Source: Eledone cirrhosa (taxonomy: Eukaryota). Taken from it: a stretch of 64,000 nucleotides of DNA. The position numbers and the translations under genes are program-made. The stretch spans positions 28,272,001 through 28,336,000 of the forward strand of contig OZ024748.1 in NCBI GenBank assembly GCA_964016885.1, written 5' to 3'. A model generated the notes under the pieces. It worked only from the letters and a program-made list of their open reading frames with translations. It searched no databases and was not told where the DNA came from. The number at the start of each line of letters is the position of its first letter. The stretch's first letter is position 1. Positions 37,050 to 49,247 of the stretch are shown here, piece after piece.

Positions 37050-37935
37050 ATTTAATAAAGTTTATATTCAATAACATTCTTCCTCCCCTGTAAAAGGTTT
37101 CTTATGCCATTTCTATAGAAATCAGACAGTTTGTGGGAGAAAAAGCCACGTAGGTCCATTTCAAGTTCTTCTAAGGAATTGCACTGTTTTCCATTAATAA
37201 AATACTGCAAATATTGGAATAAATGTAAATCTGATGAAGCAAGGTCAGGAGAATATGGGGGATGTGGAAGCTTTTTTCAAGGAAATACTCTTCAATTGTG
37301 GAACATGTAATCTATGCACTATGAGGCCGAGCATTGTCATGATGGAAAATGGCACACTTTTGATTGACTAGAGAGTACCTCCTTTCTCTCAATGTTCTAT
37401 TCAGTCCATAGGGTTATTCAGAGTACACTTGAGCTGTGATTGTCTGATTATGTTGCAAGGTGAGGGTTCAGTGTGTATTACCACTGTCATATCTCACCAA
37501 ATACATCACAAAACTTTCTGAGGAGGAAGATTTTGCTTGTTATCCTGATTGAACCCACTGCTGTCATTCTTATAGAGTATCCACTTTCCATCAGTTACAA
37601 GACAGTTTTCACTCAGTTCATGTAAAATCTATTTGCCAACCTTTGACACCATTCCAAGTTCCTATAAATGGTGTTGGATAGTTGATGACACTAAATTAAC
37701 CACTTCTGCTAATTCTTTAACAGTTGCATAGTTTCTTTTTTTTATACAATAGCAGCTTTCAGCATATTATCAAAAGAGACGGCACCCAGAGTAATGGCTA
37801 TCATCCAAGTCAAAGTACCCTTGTTGAAACTTATGAACATTCAAAACAACTTCACCATACACTTTTTACACATTTTACAGTATACGTAGCACAGTTGCCT
37901 TTTTGAACTTGTAAAGCACGATGTGTCTTATGTCC
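37050..37935 (-). mobile_element. Degenerate near-full-length mariner transposase
   Basis: Minus-strand remnants IRHIVLYKFKK, DGKWILYKN, IFHHDNARPHS and LPHPPYSPDLASSD (the mariner DD34D motifs). Confidence 0.82.
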
Positions 37936-38124
37936 TCTTCTGTGACTTCCATTTTCTGGAAAGATTATTAAAGCAGCAAATTAAAACTTGTGTCTGCAAG
38001 CCACAAATTAGCCTTTCTCCACAGTATTTTTACAACTGTGAAAAAATCTTGTTTAAACATGCTGGAACATGTTTTAAAAAGTACAGCATAAAAATTGACA
38101 TTACTTATGAAGCAAGATCAAGAG

Positions 38125-38200
<76 letters not shown>

Positions 38201-39770
38201 CCCATGCTACCTTGGAAAATGGACATTAAACGATAATTATTACGCACACATGCATACACGAACAATTTTAAGACATTTTGCCTGTTCAACATCAAGGCAA
38301 TATTTTATGGCTGGATACCTAATCAGGATTGAAGGTTCATTTTAAAAGATAAGCATTTGTCCCTAAAGATGTGAAACCTAAATAAATCACTTCCGAACCA
38401 TGTTCCAAGTATTACCCTTACCTGTTGCATCTGTGTAGGATGTTAAGAGGTAATCCCAATACCAAGTCCTTGGCTGCTTTTAGTGCACCATTCATGTCAA
38501 GGCTTCAATTTAAGGATACTTTCCTCCCAGTATCTCCCCAATCTTGGATGCCAGGATATATTAAGGGTGAAAGGCACTGCCCTTCCCTGCTTGATTAGAC
38601 TGTTAAAATATAAAAAAAAACAGTCTTTGCACCAGTTCAAACCAGACCAGACAGTAACCACATAATGTTATTAGTTTTCTGAGATTAACAAAAACGGAAG
38701 GAAAATAAAAACAAAAACAAAAATTGCTTCCTCGAATTTGGTAAAATGGGAGAATTCCTTTGTCTCTTCAGCTTCTTCCCCTCCTCTTCCTCCAATATTT
38801 TGACAACTTTATCTGATGTAAAATAAAGTTTGAAGTGTAGGAAGGAACACACACACACACACTCATATATATATACATACACACACTCTCTGTTTTTCTC
38901 CAATCTGAATTCTATATCACATGGAATTACCAAAATATTTTAAAGGGAGGGATGGAAAAAAGGTCACTTTGTTTTTGTTTTTTTTAACTGTCTTCCAAAA
39001 AGTAAACTAGGCTCTCTACATCTGTCACCTCCCCTTTTCTTCTCCCCCCTCCACCACCACCACCACCACCAGTACCACATTCTAAACTGCCTCTAGAATC
39101 TCTTACACAATACAATGTGAAGAGACAAGCATGTTACTTTCAAGCAATGACTACTGTGTGGGTGTGAATTATTCTTCATAACACTGCATGGTTCTGATTT
39201 TGATTCCAGGGTATATGTGTACATCTTGCTCATATATCACATATTATGGCATTGTTTCTGCAATGGGTGCCCTTCCTAATGCCAACCACTGAGTGTAGTT
39301 ATGTAGAAATTAGTTCAAAGCCAGCCAAAACAGAGTGGGACCTTGGTTAGGGTTTTACTAATTACAATACCAATTTTATATCTCAATATGTGTAGAGTGC
39401 TATCCTAAACTGCAATCTTCCCAGTTTCTGTACCATAAGCACTTCACATACATGTGTATGTGTATGTTTATATTTTTTGCCAATGTATATTAGTGTTAAA
39501 ATATATAAATCAACTAGTTTAATTAATACATATGCTATAAGATATGTTCTATAGTTTTTCCCTATGGATCTAGCGTTGACACGCACACACACACACAGAC
39601 ACACACACACACACACACACGTATGTTTGGGGTTCCAATCAATCCAGGTTTGTATAGGAAATTTTACTCTACAACCAGTATTGGATCTCACTCATCCCAT
39701 CCAGTAAATGTTTATTTATAATCCAATAAATCAACAGTCTCATCATTAACATACAAATATACATAAAGAG

Positions 39771-40043
39771 TAAAGAGCCCCTTTGGTTGCGAATGACATG
39801 GGATTTTAACCTGGAACGTTCCTCTTCCACAGCACAAGTCTGGGCAAGGTTGTTTATGGATGACCAACAGTCTCCCTGCTCCATGATACCAGTGAAATCA
39901 CAATTCATTTCTACAGCAGAGTAAACTGGAGCAACATGAAATAAAGTGTCTTGCTCAAAGACACAATGCATCACCGTTTGAGAATTGAACTCACAACTTC
40001 ATGATTGCAAGCCCAATGCTCTAACCACTTAGCCATGCACCTC
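39771..40043 (-). mobile_element. CORE-like SINE sharing the family B head and core but with a different 3' body
   Basis: Head and CORE-like segment as in family B, then diverges after GCTGTAGAAATGA. Confidence 0.75.
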
Positions 40044-40370
40044 AAATATACATATATATATACACACACACACCTGCATAAGGACCCTAAATTCTTTCTG
40101 TTTTCCTTTGTGTATTTTTTTGTTTTTTGTGTGTTAAAATTCTAAATTAACGTTCCAATAAACTACATGATATATTATATATACTCATATATAAGCCGAA
40201 AAATATTTCTTTTAATGGGTATATTATATAAACAGAGAGATAACGCTATTGTTGTCTGCCACCCCCACCCCACCCCCAAGCAAAATATTCCCAGTATTTG
40301 AGTAGCCAGAAGTAAACAAAGATTTGAGAAACTTGTTGAAACTTTATAAAATGAATGAAATGGTAAAATT

Positions 40371-40550
40371 GATTGGCAGTATCGGTAGAGGGCCGGACGC
40401 CATGCTTTGCAGAGTTACGGCCCTTTATGGTCTGAGTTCAAATCCTGCCGAGGTTAACTTTGCCTTTCATCCTTACGGGGTCGATAAAATAAAGTACCAG
40501 TAATACACTGGGATAATTGCTGGCCTTGTGCCAATAGTAGAAACAATTAT
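40371..40550 (+). mobile_element. SINE family A copy
   Basis: Same as the copy at 1726. Confidence 0.85.
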
Positions 40551-40740
40551 GTAATGGAGTTGCTTAACAACACTTAAAACATTTTATAAATCAAAATATT
40601 AAAACTTCATAAATATTTTATCCACTCATAAGAATTTCAAAACCATGCCATCTAAACTTGTGTTGATTAACTACCTAGGCTAATTTCCCAAACATAAAAT
40701 AGGAGTGAGGGCATGGGAATCATCTTATATTCAGATGAGC

Positions 40741-42400
40741 TTATATCATTATCTAACAGCCTGGTACTCCCTATCATGGTATATCATTATCTAACAGCCT
40801 GGTACTCCCTGTCATGGTATATCATTATCTAACAGCCTGGTACTCCCTGTCATGGTATATTACTATCTAACAGCCTGGTACTCTCTGTCATGGTATATCA
40901 TTATCTAACAGCCTGGTACTCCCTGTCATGGTATATCATTATCTAACAGCCTGGTACTCCCTGTCATGGTATATCATTATCTAACAGCCTGGTACTCCCT
41001 GTCATGGTATATTACTATCTAACAGCCTGGTACTCCCTGTCATGGTATATTACTATCTAACAGCCTGGTACTCCCTGTCATGGTATATCTATCTAACAGC
41101 CTGGTACTCCCTATCATGGTATATCTATCTAACAGCCTTGTACTCCCTGTCATGGTATATTACTATCTAACAGCCTGGTACTCCCTATCATGGTATATCT
41201 ATCTAACAGCCTGGTACTCCCTATCATGGTATATCTATCTAACAGCCTGGTACTCCCTATCATGGTATATCTATCTAACAGCCTTGTACTCCCTGTCATG
41301 GTATATCTATCTAACAGCCTGATACTCCCTATCATGGTATATCTATCTAACAGCCTTGTACTCCCTGCCATGGTATATCTATCTAACAGCCTTGTACTCC
41401 CTATCATGGTATATGTATCTAACAGCCTTGTACTCCCTGTCAGGGTATATCTATCTAACAGCCTGGTACTTCCTATCATGGTATATCTATCTAACAGCCT
41501 GGTACTCCCTGTCATGGTATATCTATTTAACAGCCTGATACTCCCTATCATGGTATATCTATCTAACAGCCTGGTACTCCCTATCATGGTATATCTATCT
41601 AACAGCCTTGTACTCCCTGCCATGGTATATCTATCTAACAGCCTGGTACTCCCTATCATGGTATATGTATCTAACAGCCTTGTACTCCCTGTCAGGGTAT
41701 ATCTATCTAACAGCCTGGTATTTCCTATCATGGTATATCTATCTAACAGCCTGGTACTCCCTGTCATGGTATATCTATTTAACAGCCTGATACTCCCTAT
41801 CATGGTATATCTATCTAACAGCCTGGTACTCCCTATCATGGTATATCTATCTAACAGCCTTGTACTCCCTGCCATGGTATATCTATCTAACAGCCTGGTA
41901 CTCCCTATCATGGTATATGTATCTAACAGCCTTGTACTCCCTGTCAGGGTATATCTATCTAACAGCCTGGTACTCCGTCATGGTATATCTATCTAACAGC
42001 CTGATACTCCCTATCATGGTATATCTATCTAACAGCCTGGTACTCCCTCTCATGGTATATCTATCTAACAGCCTGGTACTCCCTATCATGGTATATCTAT
42101 CTAACAGCCTTGTACTCCCTGCCATGGTATATCTATCTAACAGCCTGGTACTCCCTATCATGGTATATGTATCTAACAGCCTTGTACTCCCTGTCAGGGT
42201 ATATCTATCTAACAGCCTGGTACTCCGTCATGGTATATCTATCTAACAGCCTGATACTCCCTATCATGGTATATCTATCTAACAGCCTGGTACTCCCTAT
42301 CATGGTATATCTATCTAACAGCCTGGTACTCCCTCTCATGGTATATCTATCTAACAGCCTGGTACTCCCTGTCAGGGTATATCTATCTAACAGCCTGTAT
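40741..42400. repeat. 36-bp minisatellite (TATCTAACAGCCTGGTACTCCCTATCATGGTATATC), about 45 units; first units are 38 bp
   Basis: Directly visible periodicity. Confidence 0.97.
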
Positions 42401-43574
42401 TAATATTTATTTACTCTTTTTAACTAATTTTTTCTATTTTTTTTTATTTTTTCAATAATTCTTGTTGCATCCTGCCCACTCCCTTGTTATTTTTTTCATT
42501 TTCATGATTAACATATATTAACATATCCTTCTTGTATATTCTCATCTATTGCTTTTGTGTGTTTGTCCTGCAGCATACAATGTGGTCTGACCTACTCCTT
42601 TGACCCTTCCTTCCACTATCACTGACAGCTTTTCTCAACATCACTACACCATCCTCACCACACACACTCACACCCATGCACCCACCACACATACTCATGT
42701 CCCCTACCACGCACGCACATTCTTAGCTGCTGCCTCCTTGTGAAGTGGTTGATGATGGGAAGGGCATCCAGCCATGAAGGGCTTGCCAAACAAAGTGTTG
42801 GGAGGAGCCACAGTTGTGTCAAAGATATGACAGCCTCTTCTGTGCACTAGATAGAACGAGAAACCGTACTTAAATGAGACGCAGATCTGTGGCCTCTTTG
42901 GGAGATTAGTAGCCCTGCTTCAGTCCTGACTTGGTCTATGTAGACCTGTTCAAACCTTGCCAGCAGAGAAAGTGGACATGAAAATGATGATGATATATTA
43001 AACACACATGCACACACACATATGTCTTACACTGCTTTAACTAACAGAGTGTATTAACAAAAACTGATATTTTCATTTTCTTCTCTTCTAAGCCATTTAA
43101 ATTAGAAATATCTCTTCCTACCATTATACATATATGTATTCACAAAACAAAACAAAATCAACTCTTGATTGGGAGTTCAGGTAGACAAACTTGATTTATT
43201 GACCCTGTTTAACACCAATCACCCTGTTGTTGAATGGATTTAATCTATCACCCAGTTTAACACAACCACATAGCACTTGGCTGCCTTTAGCAGAATCCTC
43301 TCTGTATTGCAAGCATTTTGGTCAGGTTCTCCGGTTTATCAATTTCCTCTTAAACAAAACAACCCCCCTTTTTTGTGTTTACAAAACAACCCCTTTTTTC
43401 TGTCTACAAAATGACAACTGAATCCCTTTTTTTTTTTTTTTACTTAGCTTTTATACCTGCTTCGTTCTTAAGACCTTCAGGATATATATGAAATCTCAGG
43501 ACTGGCCATTTCACCTTCTCCCTAAAATATATGATGGCCTCTTCTACTTAGGGAGGAGAAACTTAATACCATCA

Positions 43575-44300
43575 TCATTAATGGTTTCTTATTTAGACAC
43601 AAGGCCAGCAATTTTGGAGTAGGGGGAGTCGATTAACTTGACCCCAGTGCATGACTGGTATTTTATTTTATCAGTCTCATAAAGATGGAAGACAGCAAAC
43701 CTCGGCAGGATTTCAACTCAGAACGTAAAGTGATGTAACTAAATGCTGCAAAGCATTTGGTCCAATGATCTACCAATACTGCCAATTTACTGCCCTTATA
43801 ATAATAATAATTGTTTCTACGTTAGGCACCAGGCCAGCAATTACCCAGTGCATTACTGGTACTTTTTGTTTCTACTTTAGACACAGGCCAGTAATTTGAA
43901 GGGGAGGGGGAATAATAATAATAATAATTGTTTCTACTTTTGGCACAAGGCCAGCAATTATCCCAGTGTATTACTGGTACTTTATTTTATCAACCCCGTC
44001 AAATAAAGTACCAGTAATTCACTGAGATAATTGCTGGCCTTGTGCCAAAAGTAGAAACAATTATTTTGGCACAAGGCCAGCAATTATCCCAATGTATTAC
44101 TGGTACTTTATATAATAATAATTGTTTCTACTTTAGGCACAAGGCCAGCAATTACCCAGTGCATTACTGGCGTCCGACCCTCTACCGATAATGCCAATCC
44201 ACCGCCCTATTTATATAATAATAATGGTTTCTAATTTAGGGTCTTTATTTTACTGGCCCAAAAAAGAAGTATGAAAGGCAAAGTTGGCGTTGGCAAGATA
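43575..44300 (-). mobile_element. Cluster of stacked SINE family A fragments, including a fold-back of two tails
   Basis: Repeated TTGTTTCTAC-GGCACAAGGCCAGCAATTA-CCAGTG-ATTACTGG units. Inverted pair at about 43924-44064. Confidence 0.85.
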
Positions 44301-44824
44301 TTGTTTCTAACATAGACACATGGCCAGAAATTTGTCAGTCAGTCATATTATTCCCAATATGTCACTGAAACCCACACATGTGTGAGCCATTACTTCATGC
44401 ATAACTCTTTTTGTAGCCTACCATAGTAGATCTTATTACGAAGATGATGACTTACATGTAGAACTGTCCAGTTCCTAGACTGTCCAATAGTATGTGTTGT
44501 CTCTATTGAACCTAAATCTGTGTCAGTCCAGTTGTGTAATTGTCAACTTCATTAAATACTCTCGTGTTTCTGAATTCATCCATCTTTACATTGTAGTCCC
44601 TAGTTACTGATTGCTGCATGCTGGTTGTTTATAATTTTATATATATCACTAATGTATTTTGTGTGTGTATGTTCATAGAATTGATGTTTGAATTGCATAT
44701 TGCATTAACAATATTTCTTTTTGCCTACCTGCCCACTCCCCACTGCTTTGCAAACTAACCAACGATATATTTAAAAAAGCTATTTCTAACTTTTTAAAAG
44801 AGTCTACCCTGTATTGCATGGCAG

Positions 44825-45017
44825 ATGGCATCGGAAGAAATTCAACTCGACCTTGAAGAGACAAACACGGTCGATGAAGATCACCCACACCGGAAAAAAC
44901 GCCGATCTTGGAAGAATCACCGAGTTGACGTTGAGGAAGGCTTATACGCTTGTGATCAGTGTGATAAGATGTTTAGCAAGCAAAGTTCGCTTGCTAGGCA
45001 TAAATATGAACATTCAG
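44825..45017 (+). CDS. zfh1: ZEB/zfh1 exon with first C-terminal cluster finger ([24 protein letters not shown])
   Basis: ZEB signature SSLxRHKYEH. Acceptor GGCAG in phase 0, donor G|GTAAAC in phase 1. Confidence 0.95.
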
Positions 45018-46157
45018 GTAAACACATTTGTTGACCTAGATAACCATCATCAAAATATAAAATGTATGATATGTAGTGTTTGGGTGAGGGAGTAGGGTTA
45101 GACAGGTGGAATGGTGGAGGAGATAGTTGGGCAGGTGGTGGTGGATGAGGAGATAAGTTGGGTAGGTGGGGCCAGTTCTTAGTGTAAAGACTCTTTCAAT
45201 AATATTAGATCACCCCTGGTATTTAACATTTACATATCTCTCTGATGAATCAAAAGTTTCTATATGGTCACTTGACCTGCTAAAAATAACAACCAAATTT
45301 CCCTCAAATTACACCCTATTGTCTTTAAAAACATGGTAGGGTTACATTGGGCATACAAAAAATTGAAAGGGTTGGGATGGTCATAACTGGAAAGGGACCT
45401 TTGATTATAAGATCTACTTGAAGAAAGGATTGACCAGGAACTAAACAGTACATTCTTATCTGAGAATTCTACCATTTATTATTGATGGTCAGGTCAACTT
45501 TAGAATTTGAAAAGGTGAATGGATTTAGGTTGTCTTTTAGGAGGGAATTGGTATTAAGGAAACAAATAATATTTATTGGTAGCATGTGTGTGTGTGTGTG
45601 GGGGGGGGGGGCTGAATAGGTGGCACTTTTTATCCATGTCAAATTTACATTGAAGAAAAGAATAAAAACAAGTTTTGAACTTTTAACCTTTAGCTGACAT
45701 TAATTTCCCCTTCCCACCTCCCAGTCAACAAGTAGTTAATTTGTGTGATAGGTAAGTAGGTAGGTGAGAAATGGTAAATTGGACTTGTAAATGGAATTCT
45801 TTGTGTAAAAAGAACAAAAAATGTTCCCTGCTACTTTATTTTATCTTTCTAGCCAATGTTGATTGTTTCAGTTACTTTTTGAATATATTTTGGGGGCAGG
45901 TAGGTGAGACATGGTAAGATGGGTCCTTAAATGTCTCAGTAAAATTCCTTGCTGTGTCTTTGTGCTGTTTGTATATTTCCCTTTCTGTGTCCCCTGCCCT
46001 ACTCTACCCCAGTCAACAAGTAGTTTAATTTATGATAGTTAGATAGCTAGGTGAGAATGGTAAGATATACTGGATTAGCTGTGGTGAAGGGAGTTAGTTG
46101 TTCTTTGTGTAAAATTCTTTGCTACTTATTATTCCAGGGCTTTCTAGATTATTCAAG

Positions 46158-46212
<55 letters not shown>

Positions 46213-46218
<6 letters not shown>

Positions 46219-46409
46219 GAATAGCTTTCACCGTACTTTTGACTAAAGAAATTTTAGTCTGATAATGGGGTTTAGAAACCTCATAAATGGAAAAAGATGA
46301 GTATTGATGTACATGTACGTCAATACTCATCTTTTTCCATTTAGCTGAGGTTTCTAAACCCAGACTAAAATTTCTTTAGTCAAAAGTACGGTGAAAGCTA
46401 TTCTATTTT
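46213..46409. repeat. Long spacerless palindrome, arms about 95 bp, centred on GTACATGTAC
   Basis: AAAATAGAATAGCTTTCACCGTACTTTTGACTAAAG... is mirrored with only small indels. Confidence 0.92.
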
Positions 46410-46532
46410 CTAATTTCAAACCTGCTCACTGTTTCAAAACATACTTGTCATATATATATATTGGCTTGAATAATCTTGAATAATATTATGGAATGCTGTT
46501 GGCTTTTTGCTACAATGTTTTCTATACCTTTC

Positions 46533-46596
<64 letters not shown>

Positions 46597-46641
46597 GAGA
46601 GATAGATAGATAGTTTATTCAAGCCTATATATATATATAAC

Positions 46642-46797
46642 AAAAAACAGCATATATGTAAAAAAACAAAGGTTCACTTCTCATCACTAATCTTTCTCCT
46701 CTTCAATATCTCTTTTTCTGTGTGCTTATTGTATGAATCAGTAGATTAGTGATGGAGAGTAAACCTTTGTCTTGTTACATATATGCTGTTTTTTTTT
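46642..46797. repeat. Inverted repeat, arms about 50 bp
   Basis: AAAAAACAGCATATATGTAA...TCATCACTAATCT versus AGATTAGTGATG...TTACATATATGCTGTTTTTT. Confidence 0.82.
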
Positions 46798-47226
46798 TGT
46801 TTTTGTAAGATTCAGAAGTGGAGTAAACACACTTGTGTACTGAGGGTACTTGTGTATGTCTCCAAATGCAGGATTTGAACTGAGTTTATATAGTTGATGG
46901 AATAAACCATAGTTTTTTTTTGTGATGGGGAGAGTTTATCGTATCCCTTCCTCACTTTTATCTCTGTAGGGTTAGTATTTGTCTTTTGCAGATGCAAAGT
47001 TCCAAAAGGCTGTTGTTCTGGGGATGGGAGAATGTCTAACTTAGGGGATGAGACAGTTTTTCTGGTGAGCAAAATAGTGGGAATTGAATTTCCCGATAAA
47101 TCCAATTGGACCAGCATTTCTAGATCTTGTTCATTTGTAAGTTGGTGGAACATGTCAATTACATAATAAATGTTGATCTTCTAACTGTGATGTTGTCATA
47201 TTCATGGTACTTATATTATATTATAT

Positions 47227-47385
47227 ATTGGCAGTATCGGTAGAGGGGCGGACGCCATGCTTTCCAGCAGAGTTACGTCCCTTTACGATCTGAGTTCAAA
47301 TCTGGCCGAGGTTGACTTTGCCTTTCATCCTTACGGGGTCGATAAAATAAAGTACCAGTAATGTACTGGGTAATTGCTGGCCTTG
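47227..47385 (+). mobile_element. SINE family A copy, 3'-truncated
   Basis: Same head and core as the copy at 4468. Confidence 0.85.
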
Positions 47386-47697
47386 GTTTTGGTTTATTAA
47401 AATCCGTAATGTTCATTTCACTGAGAACTATCAGTTACGACAGCCTGAGCTTCTCAAAAGTTAAACTTGTAAAATAATGAAATATTTTGAAAAAAACCCT
47501 TAGATTTGGAAAAGGTTTATTTTTTTTAATACAGGGGGCTGCCAGACGTGGGTTGTTATTTCCTCAACAGTCGGCCCCTGATATATAATGCTCTGGCTTA
47601 CACTTTTATACAGGCTATTGAGCGCTTTCCTTTATCTACTTCACAACCAACTGACCATTAAGTGGTCCGCACATCCTTGTTCGGTTAACCCCTTACA

Positions 47698-47750
<53 letters not shown>

Positions 47751-47846
47751 TCCCGGGTTCAATCAGGGGTAACCACAGTAAGGTACTCAATACAGAGTAG
47801 AGTATAAACAATATGTATATATTCCTTTCATTCAAAGGAAATCGTC

Positions 47847-47892
47847 ATTCCTGATGATTTACTTCGAATGAAACAGTTCTAGCCCTGTAGAA
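47847..47892 (+). ncRNA. Hammerhead-like motif, family 1, third copy (canonical CUGAUGA)
   Basis: AUUC-CUGAUGA-UUUACUUCGAAU-GAAACAG(UUCUAGCC)CUGUA-GAA. Shares its upstream flank (47752-47808) with the copy at 24538. Confidence 0.55.
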
Positions 47893-47898
47893 ACCATT

Positions 47899-47930
<32 letters not shown>

Positions 47931-48148
47931 AAAACACAAACAAATGTCTGTCTGTATGTAGGTAATGCATTTCCACAGTTTCTATCCTCCATCCAATTTT
48001 GTTCAAATTTGATACATGGGTTATTTAGCTCCTGGAACATCTCATCATATAGTTTAAATCTTACACACACACATTTGCATAATTTTATATATTTGTGCGC
48101 GCATGTATGTATATATATGTATATATAATATATACATATACATACATA

Positions 48149-48600
48149 GTGAAGGCGTGTGGCTGAGTGGTTAGAGAATTGGAGGCACATGGCTTAGTGG
48201 TTAGAGCATTGGCCTTGCAATCGAAAGGTTGTGAGTTCAATTCTCAGACCAGGTGATGTGTTATTTCCTTGAGCAAGACACTTTATTTCACATTGCTCCA
48301 GTTTACTCAGCTGTAGAAATGAGATAAGGACTGGGGTCCCTATCATTCCACTGTAAAGTGGTCGTGGAGGTGCCACGGCAAAAAAGCACCCAGCACTCAC
48401 TGTAAATGAGGTTGGTGTTAGGAAGGGCATCCAGCTGTAGAAATCAAGCCAGAATCAGTTCCTGTCCCACCCTTGCAAGCAGGGAAAAAGCGGACGTAAA
48501 ATGAAATGAAAATGAAATGAATCGGGAGGTTGCGAGTTCGATTCCTGGACCAGGCGATGCATTATGTCCTTGAGCAAGACACTTTATTTCACGTTGCTCC
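48149..48600 (+). mobile_element. SINE family B (48181-48520) nested inside a related CORE-like SINE
   Basis: The outer A box lies at about 48161-48171. The outer B box and CORE-like segment resume at 48521. Confidence 0.82.
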
Positions 48601-48715
48601 TTCTACCTGGAGTTGCGACCGATAAATAGTATTAGCAATTGGAAAGACCAGCGGAAACATTGTTTCCTTGGTCCGATTTGACGAAAGTCGATCATTCCTA
48701 AAAAAAAAAAAAAAA
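48601..48715 (+). repeat. Interspersed repeat family C with poly(A) end
   Basis: Homologous copies at about 51456-51570 (-), 62107-62175 (+) and 62508-62580 (+). Confidence 0.75.
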
Positions 48716-48740
48716 CATATTATATATATATATATATATA

Positions 48741-48970
48741 TCATCATCACCGTTTTACGTCCGTTCTTCCACGCTAGCATGGGTTAGGCGGGTTGTCCTG
48801 TTGTGGGCAGTGTCTGGTCGGCTGACCATGCCTTGCTCATACAGGAACTGATTTGGCTTGATTTCTACAGCTGGATGCCAACCTCATTTACAGTGCTTTT
48901 TCGTGGTGCCTACACATCCACTTTACAGTGTGGGCTGGGTGCTTTTTTGCCGTGGCACCTCCACGATCAC
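48741..48970 (-). mobile_element. SINE family B variant with long 3' tail, partial
   Basis: The tail matches that of the copy at 57219-57600. Confidence 0.8.
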
Positions 48971-49247
48971 CTTGCGGTGGGGGCATATTGTCTATATGCT
49001 TCACATTGTACCCATGGGAGGTCGGGTACTCTGTATATATATATATATACATATATAATCAACAATTTGTGTACCCTACTCTACCCCCCCCCCCCTCTTC
49101 ATTCCTATGCTACCCCCGTTTGCTATACTACTACGCCCCCTCCTCCCCGCCCTCACTACTATACACTCTCTATTCTATGTTGACTAATTCTGTTTTCTCT
49201 TTCTTTTTTTATTATATCTGGACTTTCTGGAATGTTCTGTGTGATAG

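Noticed and set aside
40741-42400. 36-bp repeats as a CRISPR array or repeat protein
   Set aside because: The units are contiguous with no unique spacers, there are no cas genes, and the context is a eukaryotic intron. The ORFs arise because 36 is a multiple of three.
44825-45034. Stand-alone 69-aa ORF starting at ATG 44825
   Set aside because: The ATG directly follows an acceptor AG and is in frame with the upstream exon, so this is an internal exon.
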